A stretch of DNA of 64,000 bases, taken from contig DMPO01000006.1 in the NCBI GenBank assembly GCA_003455995.1, forward strand, positions 38,397 through 102,396, written 5' to 3'. Below are positions 1-9,464 of this stretch, in pieces. The position numbers and the translations under genes are program-made. Origin of the DNA: Candidatus Azambacteria bacterium (GTDB lineage Bacteria; Patescibacteriota; Minisyncoccia; UBA10092). Within the stretch, counting starts at the first letter, position 1; each line of letters starts with the position of its first letter. Below the pieces are notes generated by a model. The model was not told where the DNA came from, searched no databases, and saw nothing but the letters and a program-made list of their open reading frames with translations.

Positions 1-26
1 TATAAAACAAAAAGATTGGCCGGTAA

Positions 27-1412
27 TTGCCAAAAAAATCACCGATGTTTATTTCTGCAAATAATAAAAAAACCTTTTGGCATTGGTGGTTTTTGGCGGC
101 CGCCATTTATCTGATTTTTGCCGTGGTTGTTACTTGGCGTTATGGCATAAGTTTTCTTATGCCCATGGGCGACGATACGGGTCATCATATCCAATTAGCT
201 AAAAATTTAATTGAATATCGAACTTTTTCTTTGGACGGGCTTGATGGTGCATATTCTGTAATGCCGCCGCAGCCGACAAACTTTTTAACGCCCGGTTACG
301 CATTTTGGTTGGCGCTGATATATCTTATTTTTAAGTCCTTTACGCCGGCGATTTTTATCGGCGCGATGGTTTTTGCCTTTTCAGCGCCTTTAACTTATTT
401 TTTGGCTAAGGAAATTACCGAAAATAACAAAATCGCTTTATGGTCGGCTCTTATCTTTATGATAGAGCCGCTGTCGATTTATCATTCCGGCTTGATGTTT
501 ACCGAGCAATTGTTCGTGCCTATTTTTTTAGCGGCTTGTTATGGTTTTATAAAATACTTAAACATCGGCGACAGAAAGTTTGTTTTTGGATCTTTATTTA
601 TTTTTTCATTGTCAACTCTCATCAGGCCGATTATTTTCTATCTTTTACCCATTTTATCTTTAATAGTTTTTATTAAAGAATCTAAATTTTCCTGGCGTCG
701 CGCCGCAATTTCGGGGATATTATCTTTAATTATCGCCTTTTCATTTGCCGGTGGTTGGCTTATCAGAAACAAAATTGTTTTAAATACCTGGCAAATTTCA
801 AGCAACCAAGGGGCACTTTTGTATGGTTATCATTATGAACTTCTAATGAGAAGTTTAGGACTCAATTCGGAAAGCCCCGATACGGGCAATCTTAATATTT
901 TTTCGGTCGCATATAATAACTTAAAAGGGGAATTTGCAACAGAAAAAATTTTGCAATATCGATGGAGTTATCTAAAACTTCATTTGACCTACATACCCAT
1001 TTTTTTCTTAAATAATGGTTATAGTGAGTTTTTTAGTCGATTAACCAACGCCATTGAACTTGATAAATATTTTAGACATGATTTGGCATTTGCCTTTTTA
1101 CAAGGTAATATTCTTAAAGGTGCACTGATGATTTCCGGCGCCCCAAATGAAATTTTTGTTTTAATTGGCGGAATTTTAATTTGGTTTTTAATATTCTCAC
1201 TGTCCATAGTGGGTTTTTGCGAATTATTTATAAAATTAAAAAGTAATCAAAAAATGATTATAAATATTATTGGCATTATAGTATTGTATTTTGCCGTTAT
1301 CGTTTCGCCGGGGGTAGTGGCGCGATATCGTTTGCCAATAAATCCTTTTGTTTTTATTTTCTTTGTCAGCGGCTTTTATGCTATTAAAGAAAAAATAAAA
1401 TTATGGATATAA
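27..1412 (+). CDS. Multi-pass membrane glycosyltransferase, GT-C fold (GT39/GT83, ArnT/PMT-like)
   Basis: 461 aa with many predicted TM helices. N-terminal region resembles PMT_2/ArnT polyprenyl-phosphate-sugar-dependent transferases. It lies next to a GT2 polyprenyl-P-sugar synthase gene. Confidence 0.55.
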   Translation: MPKKSPMFISANNKKTFWHWWFLAAAIYLIFAVVVTWRYGISFLMPMGDDTGHHIQLAKNLIEYRTFSLDGLDGAYSVMPPQPTNFLTPGYAFWLALIYLIFKSFTPAIFIGAMVFAFSAPLTYFLAKEITENNKIALWSALIFMIEPLSIYHSGLMFTEQLFVPIFLAACYGFIKYLNIGDRKFVFGSLFIFSLSTLIRPIIFYLLPILSLIVFIKESKFSWRRAAISGILSLIIAFSFAGGWLIRNKIVLNTWQISSNQGALLYGYHYELLMRSLGLNSESPDTGNLNIFSVAYNNLKGEFATEKILQYRWSYLKLHLTYIPIFFLNNGYSEFFSRLTNAIELDKYFRHDLAFAFLQGNILKGALMISGAPNEIFVLIGGILIWFLIFSLSIVGFCELFIKLKSNQKMIINIIGIIVLYFAVIVSPGVVARYRLPINPFVFIFFVSGFYAIKEKIKLWI

Positions 1413-2584
1413 GCAAAAAAACATTTATTAGGTTTATTATCGGACTAATTTTTTTAAGAATAATTTTGCTTTTTTTAATGATGAACAATGTTCCTTTTAC
1501 CGATATTCAGTCGGATTGGCGGCCGAATTTTGGCGGCTCCTATTGGCCGGATGAGGAAGTTTTTTTCAATCTGGCAAAATCTATGGCTGATTTTAAGCCG
1601 ATTATGAGTATTATATATATTGGCTATGCCATATTTTTAGCGCCATTTATATATTTTGTCGGCGCTACCGGCCCGGAAATGATCGCTCAAACAATGGTGA
1701 TAGTCCAAGGCATTATTCTTTTTTCCGCCGCTCTTATATTGATTGTATTTATTGGAGAAAAATTTTTTAAAAATAAAAAACTAGCGCTGGTAAGCGCCAC
1801 CTTGTTTCTTATTTATCCTTATTTGATGTTTGCGGTCTGGAAACTTATCGGTCACAAAAATGCCATTCCGACTTTTCACTACCAGATGTGGATTGTCATT
1901 TTGTCCGACTATTTATCGGCTCTTTTGGTAGTTTTAACTTTTTGGTTGTTTATTAAATTGATAGAACAATTTGAAGCAATAAATGCTAAGATTTATCATC
2001 TTGCTATTGTAATCGGAATTTTTGCCGGAGCGGCAGCTTTGGTAAGACCGCCGAATTTAGCGATACCGGCATTTTTATTTTTTTATCTTTTATACATCAA
2101 AAAATTTAAACCAGCGATTATTCTCGGCTTTTCTTCTTTTGCCGCTTATTTGCCGCAACTTATATACAACGCCTATTTTTTTGGTTGGCCATGGGTTTAC
2201 GGGAATATCGTTCTTGATTCCGGGTTGCAGCAAGGCGGTCCATTTTTTGGTCACTGGGTAAATCCGGCGAATTTTTGGCTGAATTTTAAACATTTTTCAC
2301 CTAATCACTATTTTATTTTTTTTCTTATTGCAGCCGCTTTTATGGTATCGATTTTTGTTTTAGGTAGGAGACATTTGGTTAAAACCAACAATAAATTTAT
2401 TACCGTATTTGTTTTTTGGTTTTTGTTTTATGCGCTTTTTTATGGTCAATTTAGCGGTTCCACCAGTCAATTGCGCTATTTTTTGCCCGCCATGCCAGTT
2501 TTCATTTACTTTTTTATCGCTGCTATGTTATATTTGCGCGCAAAACTAAAATTTAAAGAAAATTTAACACAAACAAATGTATAA
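1403..2584 (+). CDS. Integral membrane protein, putative second GT-C-type glycosyltransferase
   Basis: 393 aa and highly hydrophobic. Overlaps the neighbouring genes by a few nt (translational coupling). No sharper motif recognised. Confidence 0.4.
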   Translation: MDISKKTFIRFIIGLIFLRIILLFLMMNNVPFTDIQSDWRPNFGGSYWPDEEVFFNLAKSMADFKPIMSIIYIGYAIFLAPFIYFVGATGPEMIAQTMVIVQGIILFSAALILIVFIGEKFFKNKKLALVSATLFLIYPYLMFAVWKLIGHKNAIPTFHYQMWIVILSDYLSALLVVLTFWLFIKLIEQFEAINAKIYHLAIVIGIFAGAAALVRPPNLAIPAFLFFYLLYIKKFKPAIILGFSSFAAYLPQLIYNAYFFGWPWVYGNIVLDSGLQQGGPFFGHWVNPANFWLNFKHFSPNHYFIFFLIAAAFMVSIFVLGRRHLVKTNNKFITVFVFWFLFYALFYGQFSGSTSQLRYFLPAMPVFIYFFIAAMLYLRAKLKFKENLTQTNV

Positions 2585-3314
2585 AGAAAAAACAGTTTCA
2601 ATAGTTTTTGCTACTTATCGTGAAAAAGATTCAATAAGAATGGTTATTGAAAATTTTTTTAATACTGGTTTTGTGGATGAAGTTATAGTTGTTAATAATA
2701 ATGCCGAACCGGGAACGGTTGAAGAAATACAAAAAACCAAGGCTAGAATGGTTTATGAAAAAAGACAAGGATATGGCCATGCCTTCCAACGGGGCATGGA
2801 AGAGGCGAAAGGGGACTATATTTTCCTATGCGAACCGGATGGCACTTACACCGGCAAGGATTTGGAACGGTTTCTGGTCTATGCTCAAGATGGTTTTGAA
2901 GCTGTTTTAGGTTCGCGGACCGGTCAAAGCACGAAAATATCCGGAGCTGATATGGATTTTTTAAGAAAATTTGCCAATGTTTTTGAAGCTAAAACCATTG
3001 AATATTTATTCAATACCAATTCATTATCGGATATCGGATGCACTTATAAACTTTTTACTAAAGCGGGGATTAATAAAATCGCCCCCTTGTGGCGAACCAG
3101 AAACTCTCTTTTTGCCACCGAATTGGTGCTTTTAACCGCTGCCAAGAAAATACATTTCATTGAAATTCCCGTTACATTTAAAAAGCGCGTTGGCACTTCA
3201 ACTTTTGTAAGCACTTTTGCCAAAATGGCTAAGTGGGGTTTAAGAATCTACGCTTTTATTTTTATTTTTTGGTTTCGCTGGATTTTTAGAAAAATCTTTT
3301 CAAAAAACGCATGA
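2577..3314 (+). CDS. GT2 polyprenyl-phosphate sugar synthase (dolichyl-phosphate mannose synthase/ArnC/GtrB-like)
   Basis: N-terminal motifs VSIVFATYRE..EVIVVNNNAEPGT..YGHAFQRG..FLCEPDG are typical of GT2 DPM1-like enzymes. A C-terminal TM helix is present. Confidence 0.75.
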   Translation: MYKEKTVSIVFATYREKDSIRMVIENFFNTGFVDEVIVVNNNAEPGTVEEIQKTKARMVYEKRQGYGHAFQRGMEEAKGDYIFLCEPDGTYTGKDLERFLVYAQDGFEAVLGSRTGQSTKISGADMDFLRKFANVFEAKTIEYLFNTNSLSDIGCTYKLFTKAGINKIAPLWRTRNSLFATELVLLTAAKKIHFIEIPVTFKKRVGTSTFVSTFAKMAKWGLRIYAFIFIFWFRWIFRKIFSKNA

Positions 3315-4219
3315 ATTGTCCCATTTGCGATAATAATGATAGTCGGATAGTAAGATCGTTTTTCCCGAGATTTTATTATTGTCTTAATTGTGAGGGCCAT
3401 TTTCTCAGGGAAGATTCCGCGCCGGAATATGCCGAAGATTATTACGAACTTGAAAGCCGGAACTTGCTATCTAAATCAATCACAAGAGCGATTCGCGCAT
3501 TTTTTTTGCGCGCCAGATTTAAAAAAGTTAAATCGATTTTAAAAAATATTCCAAATAGCGTTGTTCTTGATTATGGCTGCGGTCCGGGAAATTTTGTTAA
3601 GTACGCCCTTAAAAAAAACCTAAAAATATTCGGTTACGAATCTTCAAAATCGGCTGTCCGCCTTGCGAAAGAAAATTCTCTTCCAGTATACGATTCGGTT
3701 GTTATTGCGCAGGGTAAATATGATCTGATTACGTTTTGGGGCAGTTTGGAGCATGCTGATAATCCCAAAGATATCGTTATTAAATGTCGCAATTACTTAA
3801 AAGAAGGAGGTAAGCTTCTTATCGCCCTGCAGAATGCCGATAGTTTTGAGGCGCGGCTGGCTAAGGAAAAATGGTTTCATTATGATTATCCTTTTCATCG
3901 CATCCAATTTACGCCTACGGCGCTTAAGAAAATACTTGAACAAAACGGCTACGAAGTAAGCTCGTTTGACTTTTTCTTTCCTGAATATACCGTATCCGGA
4001 TTAATACAAACATTTTTAAATTTTTTATTTCCCAAGAATGCCTTTTACTACGTTGTAAGCAACAGAAGATTAAGCGCCAGCAGCGCTAAAACAATTTTTA
4101 TCAACCTTTTTTCATTATTATCGCTTCTCGTTTTTTCGCCGATTTTATTATTATTCTTTCTAGTGGCTTTAGTTTTTAAAAAAACAGGAGCCATGGTCGT
4201 CCTTGCAAAAAAGGCGTAA
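3311..4219 (+). CDS. Class I SAM-dependent methyltransferase with N-terminal Cys4 zinc ribbon and C-terminal TM segment
   Basis: CPICDN...CLNCEG zinc ribbon. LDYGCGPGNF is SAM-binding motif I. The C-terminus is hydrophobic. Confidence 0.7.
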   Translation: MNCPICDNNDSRIVRSFFPRFYYCLNCEGHFLREDSAPEYAEDYYELESRNLLSKSITRAIRAFFLRARFKKVKSILKNIPNSVVLDYGCGPGNFVKYALKKNLKIFGYESSKSAVRLAKENSLPVYDSVVIAQGKYDLITFWGSLEHADNPKDIVIKCRNYLKEGGKLLIALQNADSFEARLAKEKWFHYDYPFHRIQFTPTALKKILEQNGYEVSSFDFFFPEYTVSGLIQTFLNFLFPKNAFYYVVSNRRLSASSAKTIFINLFSLLSLLVFSPILLLFFLVALVFKKTGAMVVLAKKA

Positions 4220-4237
4220 ATATTGTAAAAACTTACC

Positions 4238-4891
4238 ATGGCTAAGGAGCTTTATAATAAATATTTTGAGACGCATTTCCCGAAAGTAGAATACCGCGAC
4301 AAAATGTGGCACCCGGTAGTTGAATATTTACAGAAGAAATATGTTCCAAAAAACAGCATAGTGCTGGATTTAGGCGCCGGTTATTGTAATTTTATAAACC
4401 ATATTGTCGCTAAAGAAAAACATGCCAGTGATATTTCGGAAATTATCAAGCAAAATGCCGAGAAAGACGTAATTTGTCATATTCAAGACTGCGCCGAATT
4501 AAGTGATATTTCCGATGAAAAATTTGATATTGTTTTTGAGAGCAACCTTTTGGAACATTTAGATTCCGACCGTATTGAGAAAACACTAAAAGAAATTTTG
4601 AGAGTTTTAAAAAAGGGCGGCCGATTTATAGCCATGCAACCGAATTATAAATACTTTTACGCACATTATTTTGACGATTACACTCATAAGACAATTCTTT
4701 CCCATGTAAGCTTTGAGAATTTATTGAAAAATTACGGATTTGAAATAGAAAATATAGAACCGAAATTTTTACCGGCGACATTCAAACAAAAATTGCCGAA
4801 AATACCATTTTTGGTTAAATTATATCTAAGATCCCCTTGGCGACCGGCAGCCAAGCAAATGCTGGCAGTGGCCAAAAAACCAAATGTATAA
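4238..4891 (+). CDS. Class I SAM-dependent methyltransferase
   Basis: VLDLGAGYCNF is motif I. Length is consistent with Methyltransf_11/12-like proteins. Confidence 0.7.
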   Translation: MAKELYNKYFETHFPKVEYRDKMWHPVVEYLQKKYVPKNSIVLDLGAGYCNFINHIVAKEKHASDISEIIKQNAEKDVICHIQDCAELSDISDEKFDIVFESNLLEHLDSDRIEKTLKEILRVLKKGGRFIAMQPNYKYFYAHYFDDYTHKTILSHVSFENLLKNYGFEIENIEPKFLPATFKQKLPKIPFLVKLYLRSPWRPAAKQMLAVAKKPNV

Positions 4892-6113
4892 AACCAATAC
4901 TCATTGCCGAATGTGCAAAAGCGAAAATTTAAAGTTGTTTTTTGATTTGGGAGAAACGGCTTTGGCCAATTCTTTCCTGAAAAAAGAAGAACTTAACAAC
5001 CCCGAATCCAAGTATCCCTTGAGGGTATTTTTTTGCGAAGATTGCGGTTTAAGCCAGCTCGTGGATGTTGTCGACCCTTCGGTTTTATTCAGAAATTATG
5101 TTTATTTTTCTTCCGAAATGCCGGTTTTACCGGAACATTTTAAAAACTATGCCGAAGAGGCGGTTAATAATTTCGTAAAATCAAAGAACGGTTTGGTTGT
5201 GGAAATCGGCAGTAATGACGGGCTTCTTTTGGGCGCTATTAAAAATTTGGGCGCCAGAGTATTAGGCGTTGACCCTGCCGAAAATATTGCCAAAATTGCT
5301 AATGAAAGAGGGGTGGAAACAATTCCGGATTTTTTCAACGAAAAACTTGCCAAAGAAATCAAAGAAAAATATGGGCCAGCAAAAGTGATGATAGGAAATA
5401 ATGTTGTTGCTCATATTGATAATCATTATGATTTAATCAGCGGCGTCTCGACTCTTCTTGCCGACGGCGGGGTCTTCATGTTTGAAGCGCCGTATCTTGT
5501 GGATATGTTTGAAAATTATACTTTTGACACCATTTATCATGAACATCTTTCTTGTCTTTCGGTTAGGCCGCTTGTGAATCTTTTCAAACAATTTGGCATG
5601 GAACTTTTTGATGTGAAATTATTCCCCGTTCAAGGAAATTCCATAAGAGGATATGCCGGAAAAACGGGACAGCATGCAATTTCAATGAGAATCGGAGAAT
5701 TACTAGAAAAAGAAAAATCAATGGGATTAAATGATATTTCAACCTATTTTAAATTAGTAGACGATGTTGATGAAATGAGAAAAAAAGTTTTGACTATTCT
5801 TAAAGATTTGAAATTGCAAGGCAAGAAGATTTCCGGTTACGGCGCACCGGCTAAGGGCAATACTTTGCTTAGTTATTATGGTATTGGCGCGGATATTTTG
5901 GATTATGTAACCGATGAAACGACAAAAATTAATTTATATACGCCGGGCACTCATATTCCGGTAATAGATATTAAAGATGCCAGGAAAAATCCGCCTGATT
6001 ATTTTTTGCTTTTAGCTTGGAACTATAAGGATGCCATTTTGAAAAAAGAGGAAGACTTTAGGAAAAATGGCGGAAAATTTATCATGCCGGTCGGTAAAGT
6101 GGAGATTTTATAA
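4884..6113 (+). CDS. NDP-hexose C-methyltransferase family protein (TylCIII/TcaB9-like; Methyltransf_13 Zn-ribbon plus Methyltransf_14 C-terminal domain)
   Basis: N-terminal HCRMC...CEDC zinc-binding segment is followed by LFFDLGETALANSF, characteristic of sugar C-/O-methyltransferases of this family. It sits immediately upstream of rfbB. Confidence 0.6.
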   Translation: MYKTNTHCRMCKSENLKLFFDLGETALANSFLKKEELNNPESKYPLRVFFCEDCGLSQLVDVVDPSVLFRNYVYFSSEMPVLPEHFKNYAEEAVNNFVKSKNGLVVEIGSNDGLLLGAIKNLGARVLGVDPAENIAKIANERGVETIPDFFNEKLAKEIKEKYGPAKVMIGNNVVAHIDNHYDLISGVSTLLADGGVFMFEAPYLVDMFENYTFDTIYHEHLSCLSVRPLVNLFKQFGMELFDVKLFPVQGNSIRGYAGKTGQHAISMRIGELLEKEKSMGLNDISTYFKLVDDVDEMRKKVLTILKDLKLQGKKISGYGAPAKGNTLLSYYGIGADILDYVTDETTKINLYTPGTHIPVIDIKDARKNPPDYFLLLAWNYKDAILKKEEDFRKNGGKFIMPVGKVEIL

Positions 6114-6114
6114 T

Positions 6115-7167
6115 ATGCAACTTTCTTTTAAAAATATTTTGGTTTGCGGCGGGAGCGGATTTATCGGTTCAAATTTCATTCGTTATATTTATAACAAATA
6201 TCCCGATTGTAAAATATTTAATTTGGACTTGTTAACCTATGCCGGCAATCCGGCAAATCTTGCCGATATTGAAGAAAAAGAAAACAAGAGGAATCCAGCC
6301 AATCAAAGATGTCATTTTTTCCGCGGCGATATTTGCGATGGCGCTTTGCTTGCGAATATTTTTGAGAAATATAATTTTGACGCTGTTATTAATTTTGCCG
6401 CCGAAAGTCATGTCGATCGTTCTTTCGTGAGTGTTTTTGATTTTATAAGAACGAATGTTGAGGGCGTCAGATCTCTTATAGAAGCTACCAGGAAATATAA
6501 AGTTTCCAGATTTGTCCAAATTTCCACGGATGAAATTTACGGATCCGTGCCAGAAGGTTTTTCAACTGAAGACGCGCCTCTTAAACCGTCTAACCCGTAT
6601 GCCGCTTCCAAGGCCGCTGCTGATTTATTGGTTCAGTCATACATAAAGACGCATCAGGTTCCGGCGCTCATTGTTCGGGGTTCCAATAATTACGGCCCGT
6701 TTCAATATCCTGAAAAATTAATTCCTCTGGCGATATCAAATATTATTGAAGGCATTAAGGTGCCGATTCACGGTTCTGGGGAACACCGGCGCACATGGAT
6801 CCATGTAAATGATTTTTGCTCTGCTATTGACACCGCGCTTCATAAGGCGCCGGATTACAGTATCTATAACGCTTCTGGAGAAGAAAAAACCAATTTGGAA
6901 ATTCTTGAAATTATAGCTCGGCATCTTAAAAATTCAGAGGATTATAAAGAGCACACCAAAGACAGGCCCGGAGCGGATTTGCGTTATGCCCCGAATTCGT
7001 CAAAATTGAAATCAGAATTGGGCTGGCTTCCGCAATATCAAATAGAAAGCAGCATCGGGGAAGTCGTAAATTGGTATTTTAATAATCAAGATTGGTGGAA
7101 AAAAATTAAAAATTCGGAAGCTTTTCAATCTCATTATCAAAAACAATCTAAAGCGGAATATTATTGA
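6115..7167 (+). CDS. rfbB: dTDP-glucose 4,6-dehydratase
   Basis: MQLSFKNILVCGGSGFIGSNF Rossmann motif, DLLTYAGN, YAASKAAAD (YxxxK). The ORF track starts at 6067, but the ATG at 6115 directly follows the upstream stop and gives a canonical N-terminus. Confidence 0.85.
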   Translation: MQLSFKNILVCGGSGFIGSNFIRYIYNKYPDCKIFNLDLLTYAGNPANLADIEEKENKRNPANQRCHFFRGDICDGALLANIFEKYNFDAVINFAAESHVDRSFVSVFDFIRTNVEGVRSLIEATRKYKVSRFVQISTDEIYGSVPEGFSTEDAPLKPSNPYAASKAAADLLVQSYIKTHQVPALIVRGSNNYGPFQYPEKLIPLAISNIIEGIKVPIHGSGEHRRTWIHVNDFCSAIDTALHKAPDYSIYNASGEEKTNLEILEIIARHLKNSEDYKEHTKDRPGADLRYAPNSSKLKSELGWLPQYQIESSIGEVVNWYFNNQDWWKKIKNSEAFQSHYQKQSKAEYY

Positions 7168-8219
7168 TTATGGATATTAAAGAAAAAATAAATAAAATTC
7201 TAGTTACTGGCGGAGCCGGATATATTGGGGCGGTTCTGGTGCCGAAATTATTGAAAAAAGGCTATAAAGTCAGGGTTTTGGATAAAATGATTTTTGGTAA
7301 CGAGCCGATTAAAGAATTCAAAAATAAAATTGAATTGGTTGTTGGCGATTCCAGGCACGCCGGGCCGGAAATAATGGATGGGATTGACGCTGTGATTCAT
7401 TTAGCCGGATTCTCAACCGATCCGACTTCGCAATACGATCCTCGCCTTACCGATACGGTAAATCATATCGCCACGGAGCACTTAGCCAAATTGGCTCGGT
7501 CTCAAGGAATTAAAAGATTCGTTTACGCCTCTAGCTGTTCGGTTTATTTTACTTTAAACACTCCTTTGGAACCTCCCCTCTATAAAGAAGAGGATCCGAT
7601 CAATCCTATTTCTGCCTATGCTTTGAGCAAACGCTGTTCGGAACAAATTTTGTATGGGATGATAAATGATGATTTCCAGCCAACAATGTTTCGTAAAGGG
7701 ACGCTTTATGGCTGGTCGCCGAGAATGCGCTATGACTTGGTTTTCAATGCGTTTGTTAAAGACGCCTTTCATAAAAAACTCTTGACCGTTGACGCCGGCG
7801 GAGAAATTTGGCGGCCAATGATAGACATCCAAGATGCGACAGATACTTACATAAATGCCATAGAACTGCCGATTGAAAAGATCGGCGGTAAAATATTTAA
7901 TGTTGCCCATCAAAATTGGAGCATCGGCAATCTTGCCCGTGAAATCCAGAAAATTTTGAAAGAGAAAAAGGGTATTGATATTGCTTTGGATGTCAAGCCG
8001 ATAAGTTTGACAAGAAATTACAAGGCGGATACCCAAGCGTTTAATGAGGCCTTTAATTTTAAGCCGAGCCGTTCGTTTGAAGAAGCGGTTTTTGAAATAT
8101 GGGACCATTTGGAAAACGACTCGAATCACGATTCTAACCATGCGCGGCACTACGGCGATAAATGGTACAAACAATATTTTGAAACCGAAGAAGGTAAGGA
8201 ATTTAGGCGGCATGCGTAA
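7164..8219 (+). CDS. NAD-dependent epimerase/dehydratase (extended SDR family), sugar-nucleotide modifying
   Basis: ILVTGGAGYIG Rossmann motif and YALSK catalytic YxxxK. Substrate not assignable from sequence. Confidence 0.7.
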   Translation: MIMDIKEKINKILVTGGAGYIGAVLVPKLLKKGYKVRVLDKMIFGNEPIKEFKNKIELVVGDSRHAGPEIMDGIDAVIHLAGFSTDPTSQYDPRLTDTVNHIATEHLAKLARSQGIKRFVYASSCSVYFTLNTPLEPPLYKEEDPINPISAYALSKRCSEQILYGMINDDFQPTMFRKGTLYGWSPRMRYDLVFNAFVKDAFHKKLLTVDAGGEIWRPMIDIQDATDTYINAIELPIEKIGGKIFNVAHQNWSIGNLAREIQKILKEKKGIDIALDVKPISLTRNYKADTQAFNEAFNFKPSRSFEEAVFEIWDHLENDSNHDSNHARHYGDKWYKQYFETEEGKEFRRHA

Positions 8220-9072
8220 AGTTTTGATTATCGGCGCCAATGGCCAGTTGGCTTTTGATTTAATTAAAATTTTTGGCGATAGTTATGAAATTATAAAATC
8301 TGTTCGCAGTGATTTTGATGTTGCCGATAAAATGGCGGCAGAAAATTTTATAAAAAATTGCGCTCCGGATGTCATAATAAATACCGCTGCCTACCACAAA
8401 ACCGAGGAATGCGAACTAAATCCCGAAAAAAGTTTTGCCGTTAACGCCATAGGCGCTTTTAATGTTGCAAAGGTGGCAAAAGAAATCGGCGCCAAGGTAA
8501 TTTTCATAAGCACGGATTATGTTTTTGACGGCACGAAAGAATATTTTGTGGAATCCGATATTCCGAATCCTCTTAATGTCTATGGAGTGTCAAAATTGGC
8601 GGGGGAAAATCTAATAAAAATAGCCAATGAGGATTATTATATTATCAGGACAAGCTGGTTGTTTGGAATTCATAAATCTGGTAAGGGCAATAATTTTGTT
8701 ACTTTAATGCTTGAAAAAGAGAAAAACGGAGAAAACATAAAAGTTGTGGATGACCAGTTCGGTTCGCCGACATATACTTATGATTTGGCGTTAAAAATAA
8801 AAGAATTGGTTGATAAAAATGTTTTACCAGGAATGTACCATATAACAAATTCCGGTTCGTGTTCCTGGCATGAATTTACCCAAAAAATATTTGAATTATC
8901 AAATCTGAAGCCGAATCTTGAACAAGTTAAATCAGCAGACGGCCCTTCAAAAATAAAAAGACCGAAGTATTCAGTTTTGATAAGTGAAAATATGAAAAAA
9001 CAGGGGATTGAAAGTTTGAGACCATGGCAGGAGGCACTGGGCGATTTTATGTTAGAATATAATAAGAAATAA
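8212..9072 (+). CDS. rfbD: dTDP-4-dehydrorhamnose reductase
   Basis: MRKVLIIGANGQLAFDL, STDYVFDG and YGVSK motifs are typical of RmlD. Start moved to the internal ATG at 8212, which overlaps the upstream stop by 8 nt. Confidence 0.8.
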   Translation: MRKVLIIGANGQLAFDLIKIFGDSYEIIKSVRSDFDVADKMAAENFIKNCAPDVIINTAAYHKTEECELNPEKSFAVNAIGAFNVAKVAKEIGAKVIFISTDYVFDGTKEYFVESDIPNPLNVYGVSKLAGENLIKIANEDYYIIRTSWLFGIHKSGKGNNFVTLMLEKEKNGENIKVVDDQFGSPTYTYDLALKIKELVDKNVLPGMYHITNSGSCSWHEFTQKIFELSNLKPNLEQVKSADGPSKIKRPKYSVLISENMKKQGIESLRPWQEALGDFMLEYNKK

Positions 9073-9074
9073 AT

Positions 9075-9464
9075 ATGCCTCAATTTTACGAATACAGAAC
9101 TCATTCTGACAACCGCCGAAGTGGTTCTTACGATATTATCCCCGGTATAGAGGGCGACTTTAATTTCACCAAGCATCCGGCCAGTATAATTCCGGAAGAA
9201 TTGCATATGCACAAAAATCAGACTGATTATTTTATCGTGGTTTCCGGTAAAGTGCTGTTTAGGCTTGTTTCCGATGATGGTGAAGAAGAAAAATTTATAA
9301 TGACAGATAAAGATAATAAAACTTTAATTATTCAACCGGGAATCTGGCATGGTTACGTGGCGCTTGAACCGTCATGCATGGCTTTTTATTTAAGCCATAA
9401 GTTTGATTCTTCCGACGAGTTCAGAAAAAAAACCGACCCGTCAGAATGGAAATTGTCAAAATGA
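9075..9464 (+). CDS. Small cupin-fold sugar-nucleotide epimerase/isomerase (RmlC/FdtA/WxcM-C-like)
   Basis: 129 aa with beta-rich cupin-like composition. HxH-containing segments (HMHKN, WHGY). Positioned between rfbD and the next transferase. Confidence 0.45.
   Translation: MPQFYEYRTHSDNRRSGSYDIIPGIEGDFNFTKHPASIIPEELHMHKNQTDYFIVVSGKVLFRLVSDDGEEEKFIMTDKDNKTLIIQPGIWHGYVALEPSCMAFYLSHKFDSSDEFRKKTDPSEWKLSK

Noticed and set aside
440-2293. Small ORFs of 62-78 aa (440-676 +, 1019-1207 -, 2090-2293 -) within the first two membrane-protein genes
   Set aside because: They are embedded within, or antisense to, long hydrophobic ORFs. They have no SD or promoter context, and hydrophobic-gene antisense frames commonly yield such ORFs.
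6067-6114. Upstream extension of the rfbB ORF (track start at 6067)
   Set aside because: The extension overlaps the preceding gene's last 47 nt and encodes a non-conserved peptide. The ATG at 6115 gives the canonical RfbB N-terminus immediately after the upstream stop.
7554-8240. 228-aa ORF on the minus strand
   Set aside because: It lies entirely antisense to the well-supported SDR epimerase/dehydratase gene and the rfbD start. It has no recognisable motifs, and its composition mirrors the sense-strand codon bias. Spurious antisense ORF.
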